Below are positions 1 through 9,916 of a stretch of 64,000 bases of DNA, one piece after another. The DNA lies in assembly GCA_963422395.1 (NCBI GenBank), contig OY729431.1:2560001-2624000 (forward strand), read 5' to 3'. The translations under genes were made by a program, and so were the position numbers. The notes under the pieces were generated by a model. That model ran no database searches, was not told where the DNA came from, and saw only the letters and a list, made by a program, of their open reading frames with translations. This stretch comes from Vicinamibacteria bacterium (GTDB lineage Bacteria > Acidobacteriota > Vicinamibacteria > Marinacidobacterales > Marinacidobacteraceae). The first letter of the stretch is position 1. The number at the start of each line of letters is the position of its first letter.

Positions 1-542
1 AACTGGCCGTCGTCGTATTCGCTGTGGAAGGACTCGACCGGAATCCCGGCACCCCCGGCGGCGTCCAGCACCGCCTCGAGGACTCCACCGGGGTCCATGA
101 GCGGGCCCGCACCGTACACATGGGAACCCGGAGTGTGGATCGGGGCGAAGCCGCCGGCGGCGTCGGGTTCGAGCAGGAACGCCTCGAGCTCGATCCCGAC
201 GAGCGGACGGCCGCCGGGAAGCCCCGCGATCGCCCGGCGGAGGATCTGACGCGGAGAGCGTTCGAGGGGCTTGCCTCGGTGCTCGAGGTCGGCCACCACC
301 ACCTCCGCGCCGCCGCTCCAGCCCCGCCGAACCCGAGCCGGGTCGAAGACGGCGCGCATGTCCGGCAGGCCCTCGTGGAGGCCGGATCCTCGATACGGCT
401 GCATCTCGCGGTCGAAACCGAGCGCGAAGGTGGCGAGGCAGTGGCCGGTGGCGGCGGCCTTGGGCAGCAGCAACTTGCCGCGGGCGAGCCCGAGGTGATC
501 CGGCCAGAGCGCCCGGATGCGGCGGACGGGGGTCTCCGGCAT
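1..542 (-). CDS. Glutamine synthetase-like (gamma-glutamyl ligase, PuuA/GlnA-like) protein, 3' end runs off the window
   Basis: Not in the ORF track. Manual translation from ATG at 542: MPETPVRRIRALWPDHLGLARGK...SPRQILRR...VGIELEAFLL...ESFHSEYDDGQ, with GS-family DxxGxxRGK, PRxxL, GxELEF-like and HxExxxGQ motifs. Confidence 0.85.
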   Translation of the reverse strand, partial: MPETPVRRIRALWPDHLGLARGKLLLPKAAATGHCLATFALGFDREMQPYRGSGLHEGLPDMRAVFDPARVRRGWSGGAEVVVADLEHRGKPLERSPRQILRRAIAGLPGGRPLVGIELEAFLLEPDAAGGFAPIHTPGSHVYGAGPLMDPGGVLEAVLDAAGGAGIPVESFHSEYDDGQ

Positions 543-658
543 AGGCACCGGTTGTATCACGCCTGCCCCGGGAAGATGCCGCAGCAGGGATCGGCGCTTC
601 CGGGTCGGCGCGGATACCGGGACCGCGGCGCGGCCGGCCGTCCCGAAATTCGGCGAGC

Positions 659-2785
659 CTACTCGCCCAGGTGGCGCTCGAAGAAGGCGGCGCTCCGCCG
701 GAACACTTCCAGCCAGCTCGCCTGGCGGAGGAAACCGTGGACCTCGTCGGGGAGGATCAGAAGTTCGTGCTCGACGCCGAGCTCGCGGAGTTTCTCGACG
801 AGTTCGACGGTTTCGGCGAAGGGCACATTCCGGTCGTCATCGCCGTGGACGAGCAGCACCGGAGAGCGCCAGCCGGAAACCGAGGCGAGAGGGGAGGACT
901 CGAAGGCGAGGCGCTGCTGCTCCGGGTGGTGGTCGGGTTCGTATTCGGGGAGGAAGCCCTGGATGGTGCGGTTCCAGTCGTGGACGCCGTGGATGTCCAC
1001 GCCGGCAGCGAAGAGGTCCGACGCCCGGGAGAGGCCCATCGCGGTGAGATACCCGCCGTAGGAGCCGCCCCAGAGCCCGATCCGACTCTCGTCCACGCCG
1101 GGCAGGTCGGCGAGCGCACGGCCCGCACCGAGGACATCCCGATGCTCGGCGGCCCCGCTCGCGCCGTAGTTCTCCGCCTCCCGGAACTCCATGCCGTAGC
1201 CGGTGCCGCTTCGGTAGTTCACCGAGAGCACGGTGAAACCGCGGCTCGCCAGGTACTGGTGGAAGGCATAACAGTTCGAGTAGTAGCCCATGTAGTGCCA
1301 GCCGAGCAGCATCTGCCGCCGCGAACCGCCGTGGAGGAACAGGACCCCCGGCCCCGGGGAATCGCCGCCCGCCGCCGGGCGGAAGAGCTGCCCGCGGATC
1401 TCCATGCCGTCGGCGGAGGGGAAGACGACCGCTTCCGGCTCGACGAGATGTTCGAGCGGGAAGTCCACCGGAAAGGCGTCCGGAGCGAGCGGCCGCGCTT
1501 CACCGCTGCCGAGCCGGACCATCGGCTGCAGCGGGCGCCGGCCGTCGCCGCCCAGCCAGGCGATCCCGCCCTCGACCGCCGCCGGCAGGGTCTCGATGCC
1601 CGATCCCGAGGTGAGCGGTTCGGCGGCAGCGGCCCCGGGAGCGGCGCGAAAGAGGTGGCGGCGGTCTGGATCGTCCTGGTTCGAGGCCAGGAGCAGCCCG
1701 CCCCTCCCGTCCGGGACTGCGTACTCGACCTCGAAGGGGCCCGAGGTCAGCGCTTCGGGGGTCCCGCCGCCGGATGCGGGAACGGCGTGGAAGTGGCGGT
1801 AACCGTCCCGCTCCCAGGGAAACAGGATCCGCCCGTCGTTCGTCCAGAAGAGCTGGTCCGCCGAAGCGGTCCCGGAGAAGACGCTGCCCCGCCCCGAAGC
1901 GGCGCGAAAGATTTCGCGCGCCGCGCCGGGAGCACCGGAGTCGCCGAGTTCCACCACCCGGATGCTCCACGGCGGCCCCTCGCGCCGGGGAACGAAGAGG
2001 TAGGGGCGCAGCACCGGCGGCTGGCGCAGGAAAGCGACCGCGGCTCCGTCGGGGGAGAAGGCGGGCGAGCCGTCGCGGTCCACCGCCGGGTCGAGGTAGT
2101 GGACGGTCTCGGCGGCGAAGTCGTAGAGCCCCACGAAGGAGTGGGCGCCGCGGGAAGAGACGAAGGCGAGCCGGCTTCCGTCCGGCGAGAGGCGCAGGTT
2201 CCCGAAGGAGCCCCGGCCCCGGAGGAGCTGCTGCGGCTCGGCGTCCGCTTCGAGTCCGATCCGCCAGACCCGGCCCCGCCGGAGGAACAGGATCGACCCG
2301 CCGTCGGCGGTGAAGAGCGGAGAGGCGGCGGGTTCGGTGAGTCGACGGGGGGCAGCACCCTCTTCGAGGAGCCAGAGCGCCTGTTCCACCCCGGCGGGAT
2401 CGCTCGTCGGGTTCGGCAGTTCGCCCGCCCGATTCGGCCCGTCACCCCGGATGAAGGCGAGGCGGCGGCCGTCGCGGCTGAAGACGAGGCTCCCGATCGT
2501 GGTCCCGCGGTCCCCCGCGAAGGAGGTCAGGCGGCGGCCGGCGAACCCGGGCGCGTCGGCGGCCCACACATTCCGGGCTCCGCGCTCGTCGAACACCCAG
2601 GCGGCCCGGCGGCCGGCGGGAGAGGCGGTGAGGCCGCTCGGGAACGGCGCCGAGAGGACCTGCTCCAGGGAGAACGGACCCTCGGCCGGCGTCGGCGCCT
2701 GGGCCCCGAAAGCGACAGGCCCCGCCGCCGAAACGGCCAGCAGCGCCGAGAGGACGCGAAGGGTTCGGGAAGTCGAGAGATTCAT
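659..2785 (-). CDS. Secreted S9 family peptidase (dipeptidyl aminopeptidase/acylaminoacyl peptidase) with N-terminal beta-propeller
   Basis: Signal peptide, SPDG/FSPDG propeller repeats, GLWGGSYGG nucleophile elbow, HGDDDRNV Asp and DEVHGF His of the catalytic triad. Confidence 0.92.
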   Translation of the reverse strand: MNLSTSRTLRVLSALLAVSAAGPVAFGAQAPTPAEGPFSLEQVLSAPFPSGLTASPAGRRAAWVFDERGARNVWAADAPGFAGRRLTSFAGDRGTTIGSLVFSRDGRRLAFIRGDGPNRAGELPNPTSDPAGVEQALWLLEEGAAPRRLTEPAASPLFTADGGSILFLRRGRVWRIGLEADAEPQQLLRGRGSFGNLRLSPDGSRLAFVSSRGAHSFVGLYDFAAETVHYLDPAVDRDGSPAFSPDGAAVAFLRQPPVLRPYLFVPRREGPPWSIRVVELGDSGAPGAAREIFRAASGRGSVFSGTASADQLFWTNDGRILFPWERDGYRHFHAVPASGGGTPEALTSGPFEVEYAVPDGRGGLLLASNQDDPDRRHLFRAAPGAAAAEPLTSGSGIETLPAAVEGGIAWLGGDGRRPLQPMVRLGSGEARPLAPDAFPVDFPLEHLVEPEAVVFPSADGMEIRGQLFRPAAGGDSPGPGVLFLHGGSRRQMLLGWHYMGYYSNCYAFHQYLASRGFTVLSVNYRSGTGYGMEFREAENYGASGAAEHRDVLGAGRALADLPGVDESRIGLWGGSYGGYLTAMGLSRASDLFAAGVDIHGVHDWNRTIQGFLPEYEPDHHPEQQRLAFESSPLASVSGWRSPVLLVHGDDDRNVPFAETVELVEKLRELGVEHELLILPDEVHGFLRQASWLEVFRRSAAFFERHLGE

Positions 2786-2869
2786 TCGGTTGGCTCCTTC
2801 GGACGCGAACGGCTGCCCGTGGAATCGACGGGGCGGTCGAGCGTACGGTCGAACGGTGCCCGACGCACT

Positions 2870-3349
2870 CCCTCGTCCATCGCTGCTTCGTATTGCGCGT
2901 GATCCATCCCCTCGAGCGGCGACCGGTAGCCGTCGAATATTTCAGAGAGCTCCCCGCCCAACGTCTTCACCCAATCAGATGCGCTCATCTGAACAACGGT
3001 GCCTCCGATCTCCCGTGCCAGTTCCGACACCCCCCCGGAACGAGTAGTACTGCACGACCCGATCCGCCAGAGCCTTCGGAAAGACCGCCGGATGTTCCTT
3101 CGACGAAGCGGGCGGAATCTTCCAAACATTCGTGCGCTCGTAGTCGTCGCCGACGCGCGATGCCGCAACGGCGCTAGCATCGGGATGGCAGCGTATGTTC
3201 CAGTCGATCAGTCGGTCGGTAAGCTTCCAGAAGACCAGAACATACTCCGTTACTGGAACCGCCTTGTATTGGAGCGGGTGGCGATCCGCCGCGAATCTAC
3301 GGCCGCGGCCGGTCGCCCAGCCCGCCCCGGAGGGCTTTTCCCAGATGTC
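2870..3349 (-). pseudogene. Remnant of a type II R-M locus: internal fragment of a beta-class N4/N6 DNA methyltransferase joined to a probable endonuclease C-terminal fragment
   Basis: 3349-3033 reads [10 protein letters not shown]...[10 protein letters not shown]...TNVWKIPP...[21 protein letters not shown] (N6_N4_Mtase IWxK, NVW and HPAxFP motifs). It lacks the N-terminal SPPY and breaks just before the expected DPFxGxGT. Another frame then reads [20 protein letters not shown]. Confidence 0.7.
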
Positions 3350-3542
3350 TCGCGCCGCCCGCTTCGCATGCGCGACGGTGGTGACCGCGTATCGCCGGCG
3401 CTCGTACACCGTATCCCCAGACGCGGGATCCGGAAGCGGCGCGCCGGACAGTTCCCGCCGCGCCGAGCGAGGAACGGAGGGCGCTTCCGACACCCTCGGC
3501 TTCGGTCGGGCGCCCGGTGCCAACACGGTCTCGATGCCGGAT

Positions 3543-4820
3543 TCAGCGGGGGATGAAGCGCACCGGCAGGTGCTTGATCCCGTGGATGAAGTTCGAGCGG
3601 AGCCGGTCCGGAGGGCCGGTGGGGGCGATGGCGCGCACCCGGCGGAAGAGCTCCTCCAGAGTGACCCGGACTTCGAGGCGCGCGAGCCAGGCCCCCAGGC
3701 AGAAATGGCGGCCCGCCCCGAAGGCGAGATGCGGGTTGGGCTCCCGGCGGATATCGAAGCGGTCGGGCTCGGGAAAGGCGTCCGGGTCGCGATTCGCGGC
3801 GATGTACCAGAGGACGGCCTTGTCGCCCGCGCGCATCGGTGCGCCGCCGAAATCGAGATCGCGGGTCAGGGTGCGGCGGAAGTGCATCGTCACCGAAGTC
3901 CAGCGCAGGATCTCCTCGGTCGCCGATTCGAAGAGCGCCCGATCTCCGTGCGCGGCGGCAAGCGCCTCGAAGGCGGCCGGGTGTTCGAGCAGCGCCAGCA
4001 GGCCGAGCGAGATCGTGTGGCGGGTGGTTTCGTTCCCGGCGACGAGAAGGAGCAGGAAGAAGTTCTGGAATTCGAGTTCGGTCAGCGGCCGCCCGGAAGC
4101 GTCCGCGGTGAGCATCCCCGAGAGGATGTCTCCGGAAGGGCGGGCGAGGCGCTCGCGCCGGAGCCGGCTCGCGTATTCGAAGACTGCGCGCGCCGCCGGA
4201 CTGCGGAACGGCAGCAGGCGGAAAGGTTCCGTGTCGTCGCGGTCGATGACCGCCATCGAGAATTCCGGATCGGCGTTCGAGATCAGCGCGTCGCCCCATT
4301 CCACCAGCGCGCCGGCGTCGGCTTCGGGCACTCCCAGGATGCGGCAGAGCATCCGGATCGGCAGTTCGCGGGCGACTCGCGCAACGAAGTCCAGCTCCCC
4401 GAGATCGAGAGTGCGGTCGAGGACTCCGGCGGCGAGCCCGCGCACCGAGTCCTCGCAGGCCGCGATGGCTTTGCGGGAAAACCCCGCCCCCACCAACCGG
4501 CGCAGCCGGGCGTGCTCCGCTCCGTCGTACTCCATCATCGTCCGGCGGGCGGCCAGCTCGTCGTCGTCGAGCTCCTCGAGTCGGATCCCGCGCGTACAGG
4601 AGAAGTCTCGCGGCGTTGAGCTGGCGTCGAAGACATGGCGGTAGCGGGTGAGCGCCCAGAATCCGGCGCCGTCCGACTCTTCCACCCGGACCGGCGTACC
4701 GCAGCGCCGCATCCGGTCGAAGAGTTTCCAGGGGACCCCGGCGGTGTAGGTGTCGTGAGAGACGATGGCCCCGAACGGCGAGGCTTCGCCTGCGCGCCCG
4801 GGAATCGGATCCGCCGTCAT
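3543..4820 (-). CDS. Cytochrome P450 (CYP124/125/142-like)
   Basis: I-helix [15 protein letters not shown] ExxR motif, heme motif [10 protein letters not shown]. Confidence 0.95.
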   Translation of the reverse strand: MTADPIPGRAGEASPFGAIVSHDTYTAGVPWKLFDRMRRCGTPVRVEESDGAGFWALTRYRHVFDASSTPRDFSCTRGIRLEELDDDELAARRTMMEYDGAEHARLRRLVGAGFSRKAIAACEDSVRGLAAGVLDRTLDLGELDFVARVARELPIRMLCRILGVPEADAGALVEWGDALISNADPEFSMAVIDRDDTEPFRLLPFRSPAARAVFEYASRLRRERLARPSGDILSGMLTADASGRPLTELEFQNFFLLLLVAGNETTRHTISLGLLALLEHPAAFEALAAAHGDRALFESATEEILRWTSVTMHFRRTLTRDLDFGGAPMRAGDKAVLWYIAANRDPDAFPEPDRFDIRREPNPHLAFGAGRHFCLGAWLARLEVRVTLEELFRRVRAIAPTGPPDRLRSNFIHGIKHLPVRFIPR

Positions 4821-4927
4821 CGGAATCGCCGCGGACCGGATGGTACGCCGGGACGCGGCTCGTTTCCGGGGCCGGCCCGGACGACCGAGTTCGGATCCAC
4901 CGACTGCTACCCTCCGCGCCGCCTTCC

Positions 4928-5671
4928 ATGAGCCCGGAAAAGATCCTCTGTGTACACCTCAACTATGAGAGCCGGGTGGAAGAGTTCGGGGTCCGGCTTC
5001 CCCGAGCCCCCACCTACTTCCTGAAACCCCCGAGCGCCCTCATCGGGGACGGCGAACCGGTGGTCCGGCCGCCAGGCTGCCGCTATCTGAACTACGAGGG
5101 GGAGATCGTGGCGGTGGTCGGGCGGCGCTGCCGGGGGATCGCACCGGAGGACGCCGGACGCTTCCTCGCCGGGTACACCATCGGCAACGATTTCGGCCTC
5201 CACGACTTCCGCGACACCGACGCCGGCTCCATGCTGCGGGTGAAGGGAGCGGATTCGCTGTGCCCGGTGCTCGACCTGGTGGCCGCGGACTGGGACTTCC
5301 GGGGCCGCGCGATCCGCACTCTGGTGAACGGGGAGGTCCGGCAGGCCGGCAACACCGAAGAGATGCGCTGGGATCCGCACTACCTGGTCGCCGACCTGTC
5401 CCGGACCCACACCCTCCTGCCCGGCGATCTGGTGTTCACCGGAACCCCGGCGGGTTCGCGGCCGGTGGAACCCGGCGACGAGGTAGCGGTGGAGGTCGAA
5501 GGGCTCGGGCGCCTGGTGAATCCGGTGGTCGCCGGCGAACGGGAGATCCCGGCGGGGTACGGCGCCCAGCCGAGCGAATCCGAAGAAGTCCGCTCGACCG
5601 CTCTCGGGGGCGACTGGGAGTTTCGGGGAATCCGTCCGCCGCGGCCGCCGCTGGAGGCGGCGAAGCGGTGA
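4928..5671 (+). CDS. Fumarylacetoacetate hydrolase family protein
   Basis: FLKPPSAL, YEGEIVAVVG, GYTIGND, LLPGDLVFTGTPAG motifs. Confidence 0.93.
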   Translation: MSPEKILCVHLNYESRVEEFGVRLPRAPTYFLKPPSALIGDGEPVVRPPGCRYLNYEGEIVAVVGRRCRGIAPEDAGRFLAGYTIGNDFGLHDFRDTDAGSMLRVKGADSLCPVLDLVAADWDFRGRAIRTLVNGEVRQAGNTEEMRWDPHYLVADLSRTHTLLPGDLVFTGTPAGSRPVEPGDEVAVEVEGLGRLVNPVVAGEREIPAGYGAQPSESEEVRSTALGGDWEFRGIRPPRPPLEAAKR

Positions 5672-5681
5672 GGGCAGATCG

Positions 5682-6593
5682 ATGACGGCGGGGGCCTCCC
5701 CCTGGCAGCGCCCTCTCGAAGACCGCTGCCTGCCCGACAGACCGCGCATCGGGCTCACCTCGTGGAGACGCGCGGTGCGGACGATGGTCGGCGATCCCGA
5801 ACAGCTCTACACCCTCGCCGAGGAATATGTGGACCGGGTCCGGAGAGCCGGTGGAGTGCCGCTCATCCTGCCGCCCGCCCCGCTCGCGGCCGCCGAGGAG
5901 GCGGTGCGTTCGGTGGACGGGCTGGTGCTCACCGGCGGCGGCGATTTCTCTCCCTCCTGCTATGCGGCTCGCGACGAAGGAGTGAGCGACGACATCGACC
6001 ACCAGGAGGACGCCTGGGACTTCGCGCTGGTTCTGGCGGCGCGCGAAACCCGGGTGCCCTTCCTCGGCATCTGCCGCGGCCTGCAGGCGCTCAACCTGGC
6101 GCTCGGCGGCACGCTGCACCAGGACATCTGCGGCCGGGAAAGCCACCCGCCGATCTCCCGGGTCCCCGAGGAAGTGATGGCGTTCCGCCATTCGGTGACG
6201 ATCGCCGGCGAGAGCCGCCTCGCCCGCGTTCTCGGCATCACCGAGCGCAGCGTCAACAGCATCCACCATCAGGCGGTGGATCGGCTCGGTGCGGGGCTCG
6301 TCGCCGTGGCCCATGCCCCCGACGGCACCGTCGAGGGCCTCGAGTATCGTGAGGACTGCGAGTCCCGCCATTCCCGCGGGGAAGAACGCGTCGACTCCGA
6401 AGACGAAGGCGCGGAACCGCCGGCTCGGTCGGCGGTCGAAGCTGCAGTCGAATCGGCGCCCTGGCCGGCGCTCGCCGTACAGTGGCACCCGGAACGCATG
6501 GACCCGGGGAGGGACCAGCGCATTTTCGACGATCTCGTGGAGCGAGCCGCCGCCCGGCGCGGTGCCCGCCCCGACCCGGCGCCCCGGGTCTGA
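5682..6593 (+). CDS. Gamma-glutamyl-gamma-aminobutyrate hydrolase family (peptidase C26, PuuD-like)
   Basis: DGLVLTGGGD, LGICRGLQ catalytic Cys, VNSIHHQAV, AVQWHPE His-Glu. Confidence 0.92.
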   Translation: MTAGASPWQRPLEDRCLPDRPRIGLTSWRRAVRTMVGDPEQLYTLAEEYVDRVRRAGGVPLILPPAPLAAAEEAVRSVDGLVLTGGGDFSPSCYAARDEGVSDDIDHQEDAWDFALVLAARETRVPFLGICRGLQALNLALGGTLHQDICGRESHPPISRVPEEVMAFRHSVTIAGESRLARVLGITERSVNSIHHQAVDRLGAGLVAVAHAPDGTVEGLEYREDCESRHSRGEERVDSEDEGAEPPARSAVEAAVESAPWPALAVQWHPERMDPGRDQRIFDDLVERAAARRGARPDPAPRV

Positions 6594-6696
6594 TCGATCG
6601 GGCCTAACCCTGCGGGGTCCGGGAAGCCTCCTCCCGGATCTGCGCCCCGGCACAGCAATCCGCCGCCCCGGGTGCGGGGCCTATCATGCGGGCTCG

Positions 6697-8685
6697 ATGG
6701 CTGGTTTCGGGGACGGCTCTCGCGACGATTTTCGCGAGCGGGTGCGCGAAGCGAGCGACATCGCCGAGATCGTCGGCGAGCGGGTGGCCCTCCGCCCGGC
6801 GGGGCCCGGGCGCTACACCGGGCTCTGTCCTTTCCACGACGAAACGGCCCCTTCGTTCCAGGTGAACACGGAGCGCGGGTTCTTCCACTGCTTCGGGTGC
6901 AAGGAGAGCGGGGATGTCTTCGGGTTTCTCATGAAGCGGGAGGGGCTCTCCTTCGTGGAGGCGCTCCAGCTGCTCGCCCGCCGCGCCGGGATTCCGATTC
7001 TCGAACGCAACCCCGCGCGGGCTTCCCGCGACGAACAGCTGCGGGAGGTGATCCGGAAGGCGCTCGCTCACTTCCAGAGCGCACTCCGGAGCGAGACCGG
7101 CCGCAGCGCGTCCGTCTATCTCCGGGAACGGGGGATTTCCCGCGAGACGATCGGGGAGTACGGGCTCGGTTTCGCAGCTGCGGACTGGGACGATCTCTCG
7201 AAAGCGCTCCAAAAGGCGGAAATCGGGAAGGCGGCGCTGACCGAGGCCGGGCTGGCGCGCGAAGGGAAACGCGGCATTCTCTTCGACTTCTTCCGGAACC
7301 GGCTCATCGTGCCCGTTTTCGACAGCCACGGACGCGCCGCCGGCTTCGCCGGGCGAACTCTCGACGGTGCGGAGCCCAAATACATGAACAGCCCGGACAG
7401 CCCGATCTTTCAGAAGCGGTCGGTCCTGTATGGACTCCACCATCAGCGAAGCGCGATCCGGCGGGAGCGGTCGGCGATCCTGTTCGAGGGGTATTTCGAC
7501 TGCCTCTCGGCATGGCAGGCCGGCGTCAGCGGAGCGGTCGCGGTTTGCGGGACCGCGTTGACCCCGGACCACGCGCAGCTCCTCTCCCGGCTGACCCGTG
7601 AAGTGGTCCTCGCTTTCGACGGCGACGCCGCCGGCAGGAACGCCACCCGCAAGACCCTGCCGATCCTCCTCGAGGCGCCGTTGCGCGTGCGCGTGCTGCC
7701 GCTCACCGCCGGGCGCGATCCGGACGATGTGCTGCGCGCCGAGGGCGGAGAAGCTTTTCGCCGGGCGATCGGGGAGGCGCCCGGTTTCCTCGGCTTCCTC
7801 GTGGACGACGCGCTCTCCCGGACGAGCAGCGGCGCTGCGGGGGGGGACCGAGCCGATGCGCTCCGCGAGGTTCTCCGGGTGCTCGCCCGCGTCCCGAGCC
7901 CCCTCGACCGGGAAGAATGGCTCGCCGAGGCTGCCGGACCCCTCGGCTTTTCCATCGAGGCCGCGCGCGAGGAAATGGCGCGGATTCGCCGGGAACCCAG
8001 CCAGCAGGCCCGCCCCCAACCGGGGAACATCCAGGCGGGGCCTCCCCAGCCGGGAAAGCCGTCTCCAGGCGAAGCCCGGCCCGAAGGATCGCGGGACTCG
8101 GCGGAGCCGCCCCGAGACCCGACACCCGCCGAGCGCGATCTGATCCGCTGGACCCGGGAGAGATCGGCGGAGGTCGCGGAGATCCTGCGGAGCACCGACA
8201 GCACCGACCTACAGGGTTTCGCGAGCTCACCGCTGCTGCTCGCGATGAAGAAGGCGGCGGACTCCGAAGAGGACCTCGAGGCGCTGCTCGACGGGATCGC
8301 GGCGGATGGCGGCGGGGATGGGAACGACAGGGGTGGGAGGGGAGATCCGCATTCCGGGCGCGAGGCGATCCGGCGCTTGCTGATCGGAGTGGAGGCGGAA
8401 CCAGTCCCTCTGAACACCCGCAAGCAGACGCCGCAGGACTGTTTCGACGCCCTCCGGCTCCGGGTGCTCGAAGGGAGACTCTCGGGGCTGCGGGACGCCG
8501 TTCGGGACGCGGGCGTCGATGTCGGCACCCTCCTCGAGGAACTGCAGGGGGTCGGCGCGGAAATGGACGCCCTCCGCCGCGGCGGGGACTCCGGGAGACC
8601 ACCCGAGGCCGGCCCGAAGCGCCTCTCCGAAGAGAATGCCGACCCGTGGGGAAGTCCGCCTCTCGGAGCCCACCCTCCTGCCTAG
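6697..8685 (+). CDS. dnaG: DNA primase
   Basis: CHC2 zinc finger CPFHDE...CFGC, FRNRLIVP, KYMNSP, EGYFD, TOPRIM FDGDAAG and DPDD. ATG 6697 chosen over the upstream ORF start; upstream of rpoD. Confidence 0.97.
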   Translation: MAGFGDGSRDDFRERVREASDIAEIVGERVALRPAGPGRYTGLCPFHDETAPSFQVNTERGFFHCFGCKESGDVFGFLMKREGLSFVEALQLLARRAGIPILERNPARASRDEQLREVIRKALAHFQSALRSETGRSASVYLRERGISRETIGEYGLGFAAADWDDLSKALQKAEIGKAALTEAGLAREGKRGILFDFFRNRLIVPVFDSHGRAAGFAGRTLDGAEPKYMNSPDSPIFQKRSVLYGLHHQRSAIRRERSAILFEGYFDCLSAWQAGVSGAVAVCGTALTPDHAQLLSRLTREVVLAFDGDAAGRNATRKTLPILLEAPLRVRVLPLTAGRDPDDVLRAEGGEAFRRAIGEAPGFLGFLVDDALSRTSSGAAGGDRADALREVLRVLARVPSPLDREEWLAEAAGPLGFSIEAAREEMARIRREPSQQARPQPGNIQAGPPQPGKPSPGEARPEGSRDSAEPPRDPTPAERDLIRWTRERSAEVAEILRSTDSTDLQGFASSPLLLAMKKAADSEEDLEALLDGIAADGGGDGNDRGGRGDPHSGREAIRRLLIGVEAEPVPLNTRKQTPQDCFDALRLRVLEGRLSGLRDAVRDAGVDVGTLLEELQGVGAEMDALRRGGDSGRPPEAGPKRLSEENADPWGSPPLGAHPPA

Positions 8686-9632
8686 GTGTGCAAGCTCACC
8701 AGGTTGTTGAGGGGGAAGTCGAGGGCCTGGATGGGGGGTCGGTGATGGAGGCTGGTGTGAGGCCGGTGCCAGTTGTATCGGTGGAGCCAGGCGGGCAGTT
8801 GGGCGGCGCGCGGTTCGGAGCTCTGGTAGGTGTGTGCGTAGGCCCATTCTCTGAGAACGGTTTGGATGAAGCGTTCGGCTTTTCCGTTGGTTCGGGGGGT
8901 GAAGGGACGGGTGTAGAGGTGTCGGATGCCTGCCTGTTGGCATCGTGCGTTGAAGGCACGGGAGCGGTAGCAGCCGCCATCGTCGGTGAGGAGGCGTTGC
9001 ACGGGGATAGCGAGGCTTTGGAAGTAGGCGAGGGCGTCGGTGAGGAAGGCGGCGGCGCTACGGGCGGATTCGTCGGGGAGGATTTGGAGAAAGCGAGGCG
9101 GGAGTGGTCGTCCACGCAGACATGGACGAACTCCCAGCCGGCGCGGGGGCTGGTCGAGCGGCGGTTTCCGGTGGCGCGGTGTCCGGGGCGCCGGAAGCGC
9201 CCGAGTTTCTCGATGTCGAGGTGGAGGAGGCCCCCGGGATCTGGATAGACATAAGTGATTGGGGGGCGGGGGCGGTTCGAGCTGGGAGAGGCGGTTGACG
9301 CCGGCGCGCTGGGCGATGCGCCCTACGGTGCTGGGGGAGATGCCGAGCTGCTGGCTGATGTCGTGGTAGGTGCGGCGCTCGCGCCGCAGTTCGACGACTC
9401 GGGTGCGCCGCGCCTCGCTGGTGCGGTGCGGGCAGCGATGCGGGCGCGAGGAGCGGTCCCCGAGGCCCGGCAGGCCCTCCTCGCGCCAGCGGGCGAGCCA
9501 CTTGTATGCAGTGCGCACGCTCACCCCCGAGGCCTGGGCCGCCGCCTCGACGCGGAGGCCTTCCTCGGTGATGCGGCGAACCAGGATCTCTCGACCGAGC
9601 GGGGTCAGTTTGGCCGACTTGTGGATGTTCAT
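8682..9632 (-). pseudogene. IS481 transposase with two compensating frameshifts
   Basis: MNIHKSAKLTPLGR N-terminus, DRSSRPH, TNGKAERF, YNWHRPH. The segment LLHLDIEKLGRF...GWEFVHVCVDDHSR lies in another frame between ~9255 and ~9087. Confidence 0.85.
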
Positions 9633-9718
9633 GCGGGCTGCTCCTTGTGCTGAGGGGTTGTGGATGCCCATGAGTTCCGGGCATCGGGTTCGCGTGAACA
9701 ACCTACCGCAAGGTCACA
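8687..9718 (-). mobile_element. IS481-family insertion sequence (~1.03 kb)
   Basis: TGT...ACA ends with imperfect IRs (TGTG-N10-AGGTTGTTGA left; TGTG-N10-AGGTTGTTCA right, reverse complement), flanked by cCTAGg (8681-8686) and aCTAGc (9719-9724), the NCTAGN target typical of IS481. Confidence 0.93.
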
Positions 9719-9895
9719 ACTAGCAGCCCGTGGATGAAGTGGCGCGAGCCCCAAGATCGGGGAGGCGCCGGGCTGACGAGGCGCGATTCGGGAGGCATAC
9801 CGGGTGTATTCCGACGGAATCGCAACGCCGAGCGAAGCGTTCAGGCTGGGCCCCACCGGGAGGACTGGGCATCGCCGACCTTTGGCCGTGTGACT

Positions 9896-9916
9896 TTGTC
9901 CACAGGTTGCTAGAAT
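9896..9916 (+). promoter_or_regulatory. Putative rpoD promoter: extended -10 (TGcTAGAAT) with an adjacent DnaA-box-like 9-mer
   Basis: TTGTCCACA at 9896-9904 and TGCTAGAAT at 9908-9916, in the IS-rpoD intergenic region. Confidence 0.45.

Noticed and set aside
6289-6696. Long N-terminal extensions in the ORF track for dnaG (also ftsA, murG, mraY, ftsI, yggS, the DinG helicase and the UbiA gene)
   Set aside because: They overlap upstream genes; downstream starts, mostly coupled to the preceding stop codon, fit family lengths better.
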